Positions 63,392 to 64,000 of a DNA stretch of 64,000 nucleotides are shown here, in pieces; position 1 is the first letter of the stretch, and each line of letters begins with the position of its first letter. This DNA comes from Balanoglossus misakiensis. Taxonomy: Eukaryota; Animalia; Hemichordata. The position numbers and the translations under genes are program-made. The DNA lies in the NCBI GenBank assembly GCA_040954595.2, contig CM082593.2, forward strand, positions 1,188,901-1,252,900, in the 5' to 3' direction. Below the pieces are notes generated by a model, which worked only from the letters and a program-made list of their open reading frames with translations, was not told the origin of the DNA and did not search any database.

Positions 63392-64000
63392 CTGAATAAA
63401 AATAAAAATAATAATTATAATTATAACATCATCACCATCTAGCAGAGATATTAACGATCTTGAGAAGTAAAACAAACATTTGCTGTCACCGATTTTTTTC
63501 TATTTCAACTCCATGTACTTTGACAATATCTATGAATACGAACCAGGTAGGTAATGCTAACCTATTGTATGAATCATTTAGCTTGAAAATGGGCCATTAT
63601 ATGATCCTCACAGCACAGTTATTCTTAGAACAGTTTAGAATGTCTCACTTATGAAATCTCAAAAGATTCAAAGAAATCAGTTTGTAGCATCATGTTTCAA
63701 TACAGTTTGCTTTTAGGGGAGAGTGTAGTCTCATTGTAGAGTAACACTTAGAAATACCAATACTTTTGCAACGACCGAATGAAGACTATCATCAAAAGAC
63801 GAAGGTACTTGGGTTCAGTCACATGAAGCATTTTTCATGATATGTGAATGAAATAGCTCTAAAGAAGCCTCAGAGATTATTTTTCAGCTTTCTATGAGAT
63901 GCGAAAATGAAAAAGATAACCTAAACTGAATCGAATAGAACATAACATGCAAAAGAAAGGTTTGAATACACATTAAAGGAGAAATATGAAGTGTTAAAAT

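Noticed and set aside
1-64000. Prokaryotic systems, CRISPR arrays, rRNA/tRNA, intact transposase or reverse transcriptase
   Set aside because: Spliceosomal introns and low coding density indicate animal DNA. No regularly spaced repeats, cloverleafs or catalytic TE motifs were recognised.

Overview
This is AT-rich eukaryotic (animal) DNA with GT-AG introns. The human-like MVK exon structure and gene content suggest an invertebrate deuterostome such as a hemichordate (inference). Intact genes are an intronless SLC35G/EamA-type transporter (+, 2497-3558), two intronless paralogous class A GPCRs (+, 28474-29547 and ~33938-35008), a 10-exon mevalonate kinase (-, 50631-54789) and the last four exons of a spliced class A GPCR (-, 61071-63391, 5' end outside the window). 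One clear TA-flanked MITE and several simple repeats are present. The main unexpected signal is that the apparently empty intergenic DNA, translated by hand across stops and frameshifts, looks tiled every 1-3 kb with heavily decayed intronless gene relics: about 26 BTB-BACK(-Kelch), about 8 RING/B-box TRIM-like and about 3 GPCR relics. Two adjacent TRIM relics share a duplicated upstream block with CCAAT/TATA-like elements and NF-kB sites. All relic calls are by-eye motif matches with approximate boundaries and need a frameshift-aware HMM search with shuffled controls. No rRNA, tRNA, CRISPR array or intact transposase was recognised.
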